From assembly GCA_963813715.1 (NCBI GenBank), contig CAWFAK010000005.1, positions 192,001 to 256,000 of the forward strand: 64,000 nt of DNA, in the 5' to 3' direction. Each line of letters opens with the position of its first letter. The stretch's first letter is position 1. The position numbers and the translations under genes were made by a program. Shown piece after piece: positions 22,283 to 32,292 of this stretch. Below the pieces are notes generated by a model, which saw only the letters and a program-made list of their open reading frames with translations, did not search any database and had not been told where the DNA came from. The stretch is from an uncultured Planctomycetaceae bacterium (lineage in GTDB: Bacteria > Planctomycetota > Planctomycetia > Planctomycetales > Planctomycetaceae).

Positions 22283-22633
22283 ATGAAGATCAAGACCGGC
22301 GCCGGCGAAACCTACTTCAATCCGCATCTGATCTCGCACGTGTACCTCAACGCCGACAGCTCGCTGCTGACGGTGCACTTCGTGGAGGGGTCGCATTCCG
22401 GGTTTCCGGTCGAGACCGAGGAAGAGCGGGCCTCGGCGGCCGAGTTTCTCAAGCAGCTCACCGTCGAACCGGGCGGCTTTGCGACCATCGGCAGCGAAGT
22501 GCTCAACCTCAAGGCGGCCTTGTGGATTTCGGTACCCGACGACGGTCCCATCCAAATTCGTCTCGGGGACACCCGCACCCGCACGGTCGACGAGGCCGAT
22601 CGCGAACTCGTGCTCAAACTGCTCGCGCAATGA
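22283..22633 (+). CDS. Hypothetical protein (116 aa)
   Basis: GGAAGG RBS, strong GC3 codon bias, possible internal two-fold repeat. Confidence 0.7.
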   Translation: MKIKTGAGETYFNPHLISHVYLNADSSLLTVHFVEGSHSGFPVETEEERASAAEFLKQLTVEPGGFATIGSEVLNLKAALWISVPDDGPIQIRLGDTRTRTVDEADRELVLKLLAQ

Positions 22634-22732
22634 TTCCGCACAGCCGCGCTCTTGGGCGGTTGACCGGCCCGGAATCCTGTGCAAAGCTTTGTGAGTGAGT
22701 CGTGCGGGCAGCCCTCTGGAAGCCACCCAGCC

Positions 22733-24457
22733 ATGGCCCATTCAGTTTCGCGTCGCTGCTTTTTGACCGGCGCACTGACCGGCCCGGTGGCCGCTAACGT
22801 CGCCGCTGCCTACGGACAAGTTGGCGGGCCCCGCGCGAAGAATCGCCCCGCGGCCGGACCGCGTCGGCCGCCCGGTCCGGCCGAACAGGATCCCAAGCTC
22901 TGGCTGCCGACTCATCGCGATGAGACGAGCGTCAAGTTCGCCGATTCGCCCGCCTGGCTGCGAAACACGCCCGGCTGGTACGTCCCGTCGACCGTCAGTG
23001 CCGGCGCCTGCCTGCTGCAGTTCCCGCTGATCACGTTTCTCTCGGGCCTGATCCGCAACTTTCACGAGTTGCCGTCGCTGCTCGACCAGGCGAAATCGCT
23101 CGGCACGAGCACCGTTTACCTGGTCGACTGGTTCCAGGGGAAGCCCGGAGCGCCCCCGTTCAATTTCTGGATGAATAAAGGGGATTACCTGCCGCGGGCC
23201 GACATGGGGGGCGAGGCCGCGCTCAAGGCGGGCATTGCCGCGGTGCACGCTCAGGGCGGCCGGGTCATCCTGTACGTCGAAGGCTTCATCATCAGCTTCG
23301 ATTCGGAGGTTGGCGCCAATCGCGCCGGTCAATGGTCGCTCATCGGTCCCAAAGGGCAGGCGCCCGCGCAGCCTTATCCGGGCAACTGGAAACTGTGCCC
23401 GGGCATGGAAGGCTGGCTGGCGCACATCGAAGGAGTCGCTCGCCGCATCGGCACCTACGGAGCCGACGGGATCTTTCTCGACTCGCAGGGCTTTCAGAAG
23501 GACTGGAAGTGCCTGTCGACGAAACACGGGCACAAGCCGGGACGCCCAGAGGTCTTCAACAATGGCTGCACGAATCTGATCCGCCGTGTCCGCGCCGCGC
23601 TCCGCCAGGGAAACCCGGAGGCGATCGTCTTCATCGAGGGCCCGACGATGCCGCGGCTCTTCCACTATGCCGACGGATCGCTCGATTGGGGGATCGACAC
23701 GCTGTCGAAGCGCTGGCTGTGGCAACACCAGGGCCGCACCGACACCTTGACCACCGGCTACTCGCTCGACGATTGGAATCAGATCGTGGCGATCGGTGCA
23801 AAACTAGCCTGCGGATCGCAGTTCTTAAAGGAGCCGCCCGGCACTTCCGCGAAGGCCTTTCTCGAGCAGTTTTTCGCGAAGGAGCTGCCGGAACCGGCGG
23901 GCGAGCTGCTGCACGTGGCGCACCACGCGTTCTGGGGACTGCACGCCTGGCGCAACGCCGGCCTGATCCTGGGGATCAACATGCCGGGACTCGAAGACAT
24001 CAACCCGCGGTTCGGCGAGACGGCCGAACACGCCCCCAATCCGTTCACGCGGCTGTACGCCAACCGCGAAACGTTCCGCGGCGTGCTCCAAGGCTTACGC
24101 CCGCGGGCAGCGGCGATCGACGAAGCGCTCGGCGGCAAGAAACCGCCGTCGCCCGCCGAGTATGTGAAGGCCCTGCTCACAGCCCGAGCCCAACTGGCCC
24201 CCTTCATCGATCACGGCAGCGTGATCGAACAGATTCGCACGCCCTTCCCCAAAGTCGTCGGCTGGCGTTTCACGGCCAGTCGGGGCGCCGCGTTGACGGC
24301 CGTGAGCGTGGCCGACGCGCCTCGCGAAATCGTCTTTCCCGACGCGGCGGGAACGTGGAAAGACGCCGTCAGCGGAGAGACTCTCAGCGGGCGGGGCGGC
24401 CAGCTCACCGTCCGCGTGCCGCCCCACCGCACGCGATTGCTGCACGCGACGGTGTGA
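22733..24457 (+). CDS. Tat-exported glycoside-hydrolase-like (TIM-barrel) protein
   Basis: SRRCFL Tat motif; GGEAALKAGIAAVHAQGGRVILY and YGADGIFLDS resemble GH13/GH36-like barrels. Confidence 0.6.
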   Translation: MAHSVSRRCFLTGALTGPVAANVAAAYGQVGGPRAKNRPAAGPRRPPGPAEQDPKLWLPTHRDETSVKFADSPAWLRNTPGWYVPSTVSAGACLLQFPLITFLSGLIRNFHELPSLLDQAKSLGTSTVYLVDWFQGKPGAPPFNFWMNKGDYLPRADMGGEAALKAGIAAVHAQGGRVILYVEGFIISFDSEVGANRAGQWSLIGPKGQAPAQPYPGNWKLCPGMEGWLAHIEGVARRIGTYGADGIFLDSQGFQKDWKCLSTKHGHKPGRPEVFNNGCTNLIRRVRAALRQGNPEAIVFIEGPTMPRLFHYADGSLDWGIDTLSKRWLWQHQGRTDTLTTGYSLDDWNQIVAIGAKLACGSQFLKEPPGTSAKAFLEQFFAKELPEPAGELLHVAHHAFWGLHAWRNAGLILGINMPGLEDINPRFGETAEHAPNPFTRLYANRETFRGVLQGLRPRAAAIDEALGGKKPPSPAEYVKALLTARAQLAPFIDHGSVIEQIRTPFPKVVGWRFTASRGAALTAVSVADAPREIVFPDAAGTWKDAVSGETLSGRGGQLTVRVPPHRTRLLHATV

Positions 24458-24542
24458 TATCGAACGCGGGTGATCTCCAAGACGTCCGCCTGTAGATCGC
24501 GTCGCGGCCGCGGTAACATGGGGCTTCCTCGGGAGGCCCGCC

Positions 24543-25644
24543 ATGAATTCAGCACGTCGATTGCTCCGCGTCCGAACTCTTTGCTGCGTCGCACTGGCCT
24601 GCTCCGTCCACCTCGCCGTCGTCCGGGCGGATGGCGAATATCCGCCCGCCGCCGAGGTGAAGGCCGCGTTCCTTAAGCAGTTGGATCGTCCGAAGGTGCC
24701 GCTCGATCCGAAGACTCGCACGCGCGACACCAATTCCGACGGTCGCGTCGTCGAAGCCGTCAGCATTGCCAGCGAACGCAAATCCGACGGCTCCGTCGAA
24801 CGGGTTCCGCTGCTGATCGTGCGGCCGGCAAACGCCAAGGGACGCTTGCCGGCGGTCATCGTCCTGCACGGGACCGGCGGCAACAAAAAGCAGATGCGAC
24901 CACTGCTGGACGAACTGGCCCAGCGGGGCATGATCGGCGTGGCACTCGACGCGCGTTATCATGGAGAGCGTTCGGGTGGCTCGGCGGGCGCGAAGGCATA
25001 CGTCGCCGCGGTCACTCGCGCCTGGAGAACGCCGGCCGGTCAACCGCAGGAACATCCCTTTTATTACGACACGTGCTGGGACATCTGGCGAACGATCGAC
25101 TACCTGCAAACGCGAGACGACGTCGACGGCAACCGCCTGGGAATGATCGGTTTCAGCATGGGCGGCATCGAGACTTGGCTGGCGGCCGCCGTGGACGAGC
25201 GCATCAAAGTGGCCGTGCCGGCCATCGGCGTGCAAAGCTTTCGCTGGAGTCTCGAGCACGAGGCCTGGCAGGGCCGGGCACGCACCATTCAGGAAGCCCA
25301 TCTGGCCGCGGCGGAGGATCTCAAGGAGCCCCAGGTGAACGCCCGCGTGTGCCGCGAGCTGTGGAATAAGGTGATCCCGGGGATGCTCGATCAATTCGAT
25401 TGCCCGAGCATGCTGCGACTGTTCGCGGGCCGCCCGCTGCTGATCCTGAACGGCGATCTCGATCCGAATTGCCCGTTGGGCGGAGCGCAAGATCGCATTT
25501 GCGTCGGCAGAATCGGCCTACCGCGACGCGGGAACGCCGGACAAGTTAAAGATCATGGTCGCGTCAAAAACCGGGCATCGCGTCACGCCCGAACAACGCC
25601 AGGCGGCGTTCGACTGGCTATCGAAGTGGCTCGGAGCGGAATAG
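24543..25644 (+). CDS. Secreted alpha/beta hydrolase (frameshift near 25490)
   Basis: VLHGTGG, GFSMGG nucleophile, NGDLDP. The catalytic His region (KTGHRVT...AFDWLSKWL) is in another frame ending at TAG 25644. Confidence 0.85.
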
Positions 25645-25733
25645 GGCGAAATCCACGCCGATTCTGCGCTCACTGCTCGATCGTGTGCCGAGTCTCGGGA
25701 TCAAACGGGCCACCGGCCCCGTCGTACAACGGA

Positions 25734-26473
25734 TCACTCGAGGTACACCTGCCCCACGCCCATCCATTCGACAATCGCACCGAAGACCGCCAGTCCGGCG
25801 AGGCACAAGAACATCGTCCAGGCGATGAGAAACAGCCTCGCCTGGCGGTTCAGCACGCCTTCGCCGGATGCGCCGCGCATGGCGCGGTCTTCGTTCACCG
25901 GTTGGGCTCGCAATACCGCGGCTTGTCGACGGCGGTCACATGCGCGTCGAAGCCGTTCACGTTGCCGGGGCTCACAATCATCATGTTTCCCGGCTTGAGC
26001 TGGATGCTGAATACGACTTCGCCTTGAGGTCGACTCACGCGCACGCGGTAGTATTTCCCGGTGAGGTCGCGCCAGGAGGGCGGCTCGTTGCCCCACGTCG
26101 CGTCGCGGCACGTGCGGCTGAGCCGAATGGCGACGCTGCCGTTCGCATCGGTCACGCCGGTCGCCAACTCGGCGGGCACTTGGGAATCGGTGACGCTCGC
26201 GCCGGGTTCCCAAAACGAGTTGAGCGGACCGCTCTGTTCCAGCGGGTCGCAATCGTATTCGAGGGAAACCGTCGCACCGGCCAGGGAACTTCCCGGAACG
26301 TTACTGGTCTGCCAGAAGTCCGTTAACCGCAGCCGAATCTCCTGCGATGTCGTGCGGCTCCGCTCGCCGAGGGAAAAGTAGAGCAGACCGGGCGTGAATA
26401 AGAGGGCCGCCGACACGACCGGCAACCGCCAGTTCTTCCGCGCGGCGTGAGCGACCATCGGCAACTCCGCCAT
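25734..26473 (-). CDS. Hypothetical membrane protein (possible frameshift near 25910)
   Basis: N-terminal TM plus a beta-rich domain (GATVSL...GVTDANG); a C-terminal TM lies in the adjacent frame ending at 25734. Confidence 0.45.
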
Positions 26474-26616
26474 CGACAACTCCGACCGTGCCCCGACCTA
26501 TCCACGACGCAAAGCGTGCTCGTCAACAGCGTCCGGGTCCGACTCAATCAGAGAGCGCGGTGAGCGCGCTTTTTGTCTGGCCGAGGACGAACTTTTTCAC
26601 TCGTGTAATCGGCGGC

Positions 26617-26988
26617 CTACTCGCGTGCGAGCTGTACTGGGCAAGCCGTCATGCAGAAATACGCGATGCCGAGCACTGCACAGAAGGCAAACAACACGCG
26701 CCAGCGCCGGCCCTGACAGAGATAGCTTGCCAGAATGCAGAGAACGGTCATGACAAAGTTGAAGAGGCGCAGTGATGCGGCGAGGTCCTCGTAGATCCGC
26801 GAGAAGGAAAACCCGTTCGAGTACGGGATGGTCCGGGAACACATCCACGTTCCCAGCAACAATGCGGACGTCGTCAGGCTGGTCGTGGCCAGCGCGAGGG
26901 CCACGCAGCGATCCTTGGTCGTGAGAATCGGCAACGTGGCGTAAGCGGAGACCGGCTGCTTTCGCGCGGTCTGTTGGACGTCGATCAT
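26617..26988 (-). CDS. Hypothetical membrane protein
   Basis: ATGA overlap with the stop of the GMC gene; three hydrophobic segments. Confidence 0.55.
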   Translation of the reverse strand: MIDVQQTARKQPVSAYATLPILTTKDRCVALALATTSLTTSALLLGTWMCSRTIPYSNGFSFSRIYEDLAASLRLFNFVMTVLCILASYLCQGRRWRVLFAFCAVLGIAYFCMTACPVQLARE

Positions 26989-28850
26989 GGGGCACTTCCA
27001 CCGACGAACTCAGCCAGCCGCACGCCGTGGTCGGTGGCCAGCATCTCGGCCGCTTTTTCTCCGATCATGATCGTGGGGGCGTTCGTGTTGCCGCTGATCA
27101 CGTTGGGCATGACGCTGGCATCGGCGACGCGGAGCCGCTCGACGCCGACCACCCGCAGCTGCGGATCGACGACGTTGCCGATGCGGCAGGTCGACGTCAG
27201 GTGGTACACGGTGAGTGCGTAGTGACGGGCGAAGTCCGCCAGGAGCGCGTCGCTCGGCCGGTCCCCCGCGACGTGCCCGTGCTCGCGGGCCAGGAACGGC
27301 GGGATTAGCAGCGGGCCGATTTTGCGATTTCCCGGCCAATGGGCCGCGATGTCGAGCGCCCGCCGCGCGACGGCGACCATCACCGGCAAGTCGTGCGGGT
27401 CGGTGAAGTAGTTCGCGCGGATCACGGGATGCGCGACCGGATCGCGACTGGCGAGCACAATTTCGCCTTCGCTGTGCGGCTGCACCGGGTTGGCCAGCAG
27501 GATCAGGCTCTCGGCGTCGGGGGCGAGGCGTTTGGCGTCGTCGTCGAAATAGCGGCTCGTGTCGCTACGGAGACATTTGAGCCAGATGTCGCTGCTGTAG
27601 CCGCAGAGGAAGCAGGCGATCTGCGCGTCCTGCGTGTGTGCATCGCCCAGCCCCGTCGAGAACCAGGCCGACGCGTCGTAGAGCGAGGAAGAAATCAGGC
27701 CGCGGCCCGTGGTTGCCCACTCGTAAAACCTGCGATCCGCCTCCTGCTTGAGCGCCAACAGCTCCGGCGGCAAATGCGCGTCGTCGTCCGGATTGGCGGG
27801 CAGGGGGCCGGCCGGCGCACGCAGAGCGGCCGACCCGAACGAAAGCCCCATTTCGATCATCGAAACACCGACGCCCGGCGCGGGAAAGAACAGGCCCAGC
27901 TCCAGATGATCTTTGAGGTGTTTGCCGACGTGCGGCGAATCGACCTGGCAGGCCACGCCCAGCGATTCCAACTCTTCCCGCGGTCCAATGCCCGACAGGA
28001 GCAACAACTGCGGCGATCCGACGGCGCCCCCGCAGAGCACAACTTCCTTGGCGGCCCGCGCGGTATGCGTTGCGCCGTCGTTGGTGCGATACTCGACGCC
28101 CGTCGCCGTCTTCTGGCCGTCGGGGCCTTCGAGGAGCACGCGCGCCGCGTGCGCACCGGTGATGATCGTGAGATTGGGCCGCTGTTCGGCCGCCCCTTCG
28201 AGAAATGCGTGATAGGTGCTCGAGCGTTTGCCGGTGCGCGTCGTCGTTTGAAACAGCGATGAGACGCCGCGCGGATTCACCCGGTCGCGGCCGTTGTAGT
28301 CGCCGCGGGGAATGCCCGAGGCCACAGCCGCCTCGACAAATTGTCGCGCTCCCTTTAACACCGGTGCGCGGACGGAGACACCGAGCGGACCGGCCGTGTT
28401 GTGCGCGTCGGCATCGAGATCGATGTCGTCGCTGTTCGTTTCGTCGCTGCGGACGAGGCCTTCGCTCTTCTTGAAGTAGGGCAAGAGCTCGCGATAGCTC
28501 CACCCGGCCGCGCCGGCTTTCGCCCACGCGTCGTAGTCGCCCGGATGGCCCCGGACGTACGCCATATAGTTGAGAGCCGACGAGCCGCCCAGCATCTTGC
28601 CGCGGGGCACCATCATCCGCCCCTCGATCAGCCCGCGGCCCCCTTGGCCGGCCTCGGCCGTATAGGCCCAATCGGTGAGCGGATTCTTCTGCAGGGCGGG
28701 ACAGGCCGCGGGGATCAGCTCTTCCGCAGGCGGCCGCTCGCCCGCTTCGAGCAGCGCGACACGGCAGCTGGGGTCTTCGGAGAGCCGGGCGGCGATCACC
28801 GCGCCTGCGGAACCGCCCCCGACGACGACAAAATCGAAGGTCTCCGGCAT
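26985..28850 (-). CDS. GMC-family FAD oxidoreductase (choline dehydrogenase-like)
   Basis: VVVGGGSAG, PRGKMLGGSSALN, VGKHLKDH, YHLTSTCRIG, GNTNAPTIMIGEKAA. Confidence 0.92.
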   Translation of the reverse strand: MPETFDFVVVGGGSAGAVIAARLSEDPSCRVALLEAGERPPAEELIPAACPALQKNPLTDWAYTAEAGQGGRGLIEGRMMVPRGKMLGGSSALNYMAYVRGHPGDYDAWAKAGAAGWSYRELLPYFKKSEGLVRSDETNSDDIDLDADAHNTAGPLGVSVRAPVLKGARQFVEAAVASGIPRGDYNGRDRVNPRGVSSLFQTTTRTGKRSSTYHAFLEGAAEQRPNLTIITGAHAARVLLEGPDGQKTATGVEYRTNDGATHTARAAKEVVLCGGAVGSPQLLLLSGIGPREELESLGVACQVDSPHVGKHLKDHLELGLFFPAPGVGVSMIEMGLSFGSAALRAPAGPLPANPDDDAHLPPELLALKQEADRRFYEWATTGRGLISSSLYDASAWFSTGLGDAHTQDAQIACFLCGYSSDIWLKCLRSDTSRYFDDDAKRLAPDAESLILLANPVQPHSEGEIVLASRDPVAHPVIRANYFTDPHDLPVMVAVARRALDIAAHWPGNRKIGPLLIPPFLAREHGHVAGDRPSDALLADFARHYALTVYHLTSTCRIGNVVDPQLRVVGVERLRVADASVMPNVISGNTNAPTIMIGEKAAEMLATDHGVRLAEFVGGSAP

Positions 28851-29007
28851 GTGGAAGCGCTCCACCGTATTATGTGCAGAGACAGTTGCCTGCACCGTTC
28901 CGATCTTTATGAGAGTATGGCGGTGCGTCCTGTTAGGGACGCACGAACCACGTCGGGTTTAGATCGTACCAATTCCCCGCGTCGTCTGCGGACAAGATCT
29001 TCGCCGG

Positions 29008-29586
29008 TCAAATCTCCGCGAGGATAGCGTAGAGCTTGCGCTTGGTTTCGTTGAGCACCTCGACGGCGCGGGTCCATTGCTTGGGATCGCGGCCCGAACG
29101 GATTTGCCGGACCGCATTCATCACGCTGGCGATCGCTTCGCGCGTGTCGTGTCCGCTGGAGACGGTGTCTTCGCTGAACTCCTTCCAAGGAGCGTGCTCG
29201 GCGGCCTTGGTGGCTTCCTCGCGGCCGGTGTCGGTGAGCGAGTAGGCCTTGCGTCCGCCGCTCTCCTGGCTGGCGATCACGCCTTCGTCCTCCAGCAATT
29301 GGAGCGTGGGGTAAACGGAGCCTGGGCTTGGCCGCCAGGCGCCGCCCGTCCGCTGGTCGAGTTCTTGAATCATCTCGTAGCCGTGCATGGGCCGCTCGTT
29401 GAGCAGCGAGAGAATCGCGGCCCGGACGTTGACGCGACGGCCACCCGCACGTCGGCCCCTGCGGCCGCCGAAGCCGAATCCTCCAAAGGCGTGAAAGCCG
29501 GGGACTGCGTCGGGAAGGCCGCCTGGGCGACCGTGTTGCTCCCGTTCCTCGCGGCGACGACCGCGGCGTTCGTGACGGTGATTCAT
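29008..29586 (-). CDS. PadR-family transcriptional regulator
   Basis: PMHGYEMIQEL...WRPSPGSVYPTLQLLEDEG...YSLTDTG. Confidence 0.92.
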   Translation of the reverse strand: MNHRHERRGRRREEREQHGRPGGLPDAVPGFHAFGGFGFGGRRGRRAGGRRVNVRAAILSLLNERPMHGYEMIQELDQRTGGAWRPSPGSVYPTLQLLEDEGVIASQESGGRKAYSLTDTGREEATKAAEHAPWKEFSEDTVSSGHDTREAIASVMNAVRQIRSGRDPKQWTRAVEVLNETKRKLYAILAEI

Positions 29587-29948
29587 GTGATTGCTCCTTG
29601 TCGATTGTTCGGTGTGAACGTCGGGGAATTAGCCGGTCTGGCCCGCTTTGCACAATAAGCTGGGCCAGGCTGTTCGCCGATTTTCGACCGGCAGGCCGAC
29701 TGTTCTTATTTGTATCGACGATATATCGGAAATAGATCACTGTCAATCTCGAAAAACCAAAAAATTGCCGCTCATTCCAGCCACGCCGACCGTCCGACGC
29801 TGCCGCCCGCAGCCGGGCCCACCCGCTCGAATTCGAGAATTCACGCACGCTTTTGCTTGCGTCTGGCCGTCGCACCGGGCATTGTGTCCCAGAGCGCTGG
29901 CACATTGCGGTTCCTTCATTCACTCAATTTCTTGCGGGAGACGTCATC

Positions 29949-30423
29949 GTGAAAACTATTGCTGTCTTATGCGTGGTGGCAGTCGGTTCGGTCGCTTGGG
30001 GTGCGGACACCAAGGCTCCGACAAAAGGGGTGCTCGACGGGATCTGGACGCTCAGCTCGGGCACGATGGCCGGCGAAAAGATGGACGAGGAAATGTCCAA
30101 GAACATCAAACTGACGCTGGCGGGCGGAAAATACACGGTCAACATCGGCGAGCAGAAGGACGAAGGAACCTACAAGACCGACGACAGCAAAACGCCGCAC
30201 ACGCTGACGATCGTCAGCACGGATGGGCCCGAACAAGGGGAAGACCATCCTCGCGATCTACGAGCTCAGCAAAGGATCGCTGAAGGTCTGCTACGACATG
30301 AGCGGCAAAGCGTTCCCGAAGAAATTCGAATCCGAGGCGAACACTCAGTCGTTTCTCGGCACGTACGAACGGCAAAAGAGCACGAAGCGCCCTTTCAAAT
30401 TCAATACCGGCGCCGCCAAGTGA
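29949..30423 (+). CDS. TIGR03067-domain secreted protein (frameshift near 30232)
   Basis: Signal peptide; LDGIW...G; EGTYK.DDSKTP; GPNKGKTILAIYEL..G.LKVCY. Confidence 0.8.
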
Positions 30424-30621
30424 TAGCGCTCGTCGACTCGATGCGCTCTCGCGACAGTCGTTGAGGCCGTTCGCGAGGACCGAACAAATCGGTTGATTCG
30501 CACGCGGCTGAGACGTTGGTCTCAGCCGTGTGTCATTTCCGGGACCGCGAATTCGGCGCGCTGCTCGCGTCTGCCGACGCCGGGCAAAAGCGCGATCACG
30601 GCCGCGACGACTTCCCCGCAC

Positions 30622-30837
30622 TTAGCCGGCGCTCAATTGGACCAGGTCGACGACGGCCCGCACGCCGGTCACTCGGCGGCAGCATTCCCAGCACATGTGT
30701 TTGGCGAACGCCGTGGCCGCCCAGCCGCGAATTGTGGCGATGCCGTCATCGGCGTGAACTTCGCTGAGCGTCAGTCCGGCGATGTGCCGGGCTTTCACGA
30801 ATTCGAGAATCCCGCGTTCGATGCGTTCGTCGGACAT
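30622..30837 (-). CDS. Single BON-domain protein
   Basis: VHADDGIATIRG...K......RRVTGVRAVVDLVQL pattern; GGAG RBS. Confidence 0.65.
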   Translation of the reverse strand: MSDERIERGILEFVKARHIAGLTLSEVHADDGIATIRGWAATAFAKHMCWECCRRVTGVRAVVDLVQLSAG

Positions 30838-30974
30838 GGCTCATTCTCCACCCGCGTCCTGTTGTACGTCTCTGGTTGTCTAAACGTGGGTTCGCCCGCC
30901 TTGTGACAGTCTTTTTGCGATTCCGGCCCGCGATTTCAAAATGGGCAGAGCGAGCGCCCCGGACGGACAGGCGC

Positions 30975-31009
30975 AAAAAGAAACCACGGCCAGGTCGACC
31001 GTGGTTTCT
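30975..31009 (-). terminator. Intrinsic terminator
   Basis: agaaaccacgg...ccgtggtttct stem with an adjacent A run. Confidence 0.65.
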
Positions 31010-31329
31010 ATCGGAAACGATGGCGAACCATCGGTTGTCGTTTCAGGCGACGGACGTTCCCAGCAGCCGGCGGGAGAATCGCAGGGCCCGATGCTGGGCG
31101 TACCATTGCTGCTTCACGCGGTTGGCCGAGTGCCGTCGTTTTCTGCTTCCGTCCGGCATGGCTTTCCCTTTCTGTGTCACGTTGTTCAGGGTCACGATGT
31201 TTCTGGGTCCGTCGATCTCACTGACTTCTTCAGCGTGGGCTCGGTCGATCTGTTACAGGCCCGTCAAAGAATTTGGCCGAAAAACTCGGGCGAACGCCGA
31301 CCGGGTTGAGGCCGGTTTGGCGGGGCGAC

Positions 31330-31372
31330 AAAAAAAGGAGGGCGATCCGCTCCGTGCGGACCGCCCTCCCTT
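31330..31372 (-). terminator. Intrinsic terminator
   Basis: ggagggcg...cgccctcc stem with A7, downstream of the low-complexity gene. Confidence 0.7.
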
Positions 31373-31399
31373 GAAGCTGGTTAGCAGAACCGAGGCAAA

Positions 31400-31859
31400 T
31401 TACTTCTTGCCGTGGCCCGAGTCGGCCCATCTTGCCGCCGTCGAGCGGTCGCTCGCGGTGACGGTCCCCTCGGAACCGCCAGTCACGGTAGTAGCCGCCG
31501 CCGAAGCCGTAGACCGGCTCGCACGTCGGACAGACCTGAGCCGTCACGACCGGTGCCTCGACGACCGGAGCCGGCTGCACGACGGGCGCCGGCGCCTCAC
31601 AGGCACAGCACGGGAAGGTCGCGTAGCAGGAGGGGTAACCCCAGCTGTAACTGCCGTAGCCGTAACGGTCGAAGCGGTAACGATCGAAGCGGAAACGGTC
31701 GAAGCCGCGATCGCGGTGCCCGTTGCGCTCCACCGGTCCGTGGCCCCCATGGCCTCCCATACCCGCCCCGCCCTTGGCGAAGCTCGAATCGACATTGGCA
31801 AACAGCGTCACGGCGATGGCCACCGCGGGAATAGCAAGCAAGGTGATTTTGCGAAACAT
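31400..31859 (-). CDS. Secreted low-complexity protein (G/H, FDRYR, C/P/V-rich); stop inferred through a tail frameshift
   Basis: GAGGAG RBS and signal peptide (MFRKITLLAIP...SSFA). GHGKK* in the adjacent frame lies just before a terminator. Confidence 0.6.
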
Positions 31860-32101
31860 GGCGAGGCTCCTCATTTATTCGGCAGATTGATTGTCGGTAA
31901 ACCCGGCCTGCCCTTTGTCCGGGTTCCCGTTTGTCTTCCACAATCTGCCAAGCGAAGGAGCGGCCGTTTTGTTACAGGCACGACCGCCGATTTTTTTCGG
32001 GGGAAGCCGGGGGAAGAAGGGTGACGCCAGCGGCGTTTCCGGTGCGTGGCAGTGGTGGCTTGTCCGAGACTGTCCGAGAATTCGGAGGGAAGATCTGCAT
32101 T

Positions 32102-32250
32102 GGGTGCCACGGTTTGAGCTTGCTCAACTGTGCTCTTAACGGGTCAGAAACCGTCATCAGCAGCCGGAAAGAGCACGGCTGAGCCGAAGCGTCTCAGCCG
32201 TGGCACCCGAATTTCCGGACGCCCTCGGGCGAGCCGCCAGTGCCACCCAA
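32102..32250. repeat. REPIN-like dispersed repeat (gtgccacgg...ccgtggcac), copy 1
   Basis: About 110 bp closely similar to the reverse complement of 40829-40940; internal palindrome cacggctgag...ctcagccgtg. Confidence 0.8.
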
Positions 32251-32292
32251 GAGCCGCGATTCGGCGCCCACGATTCAGCCCGGGGCAGTCCG

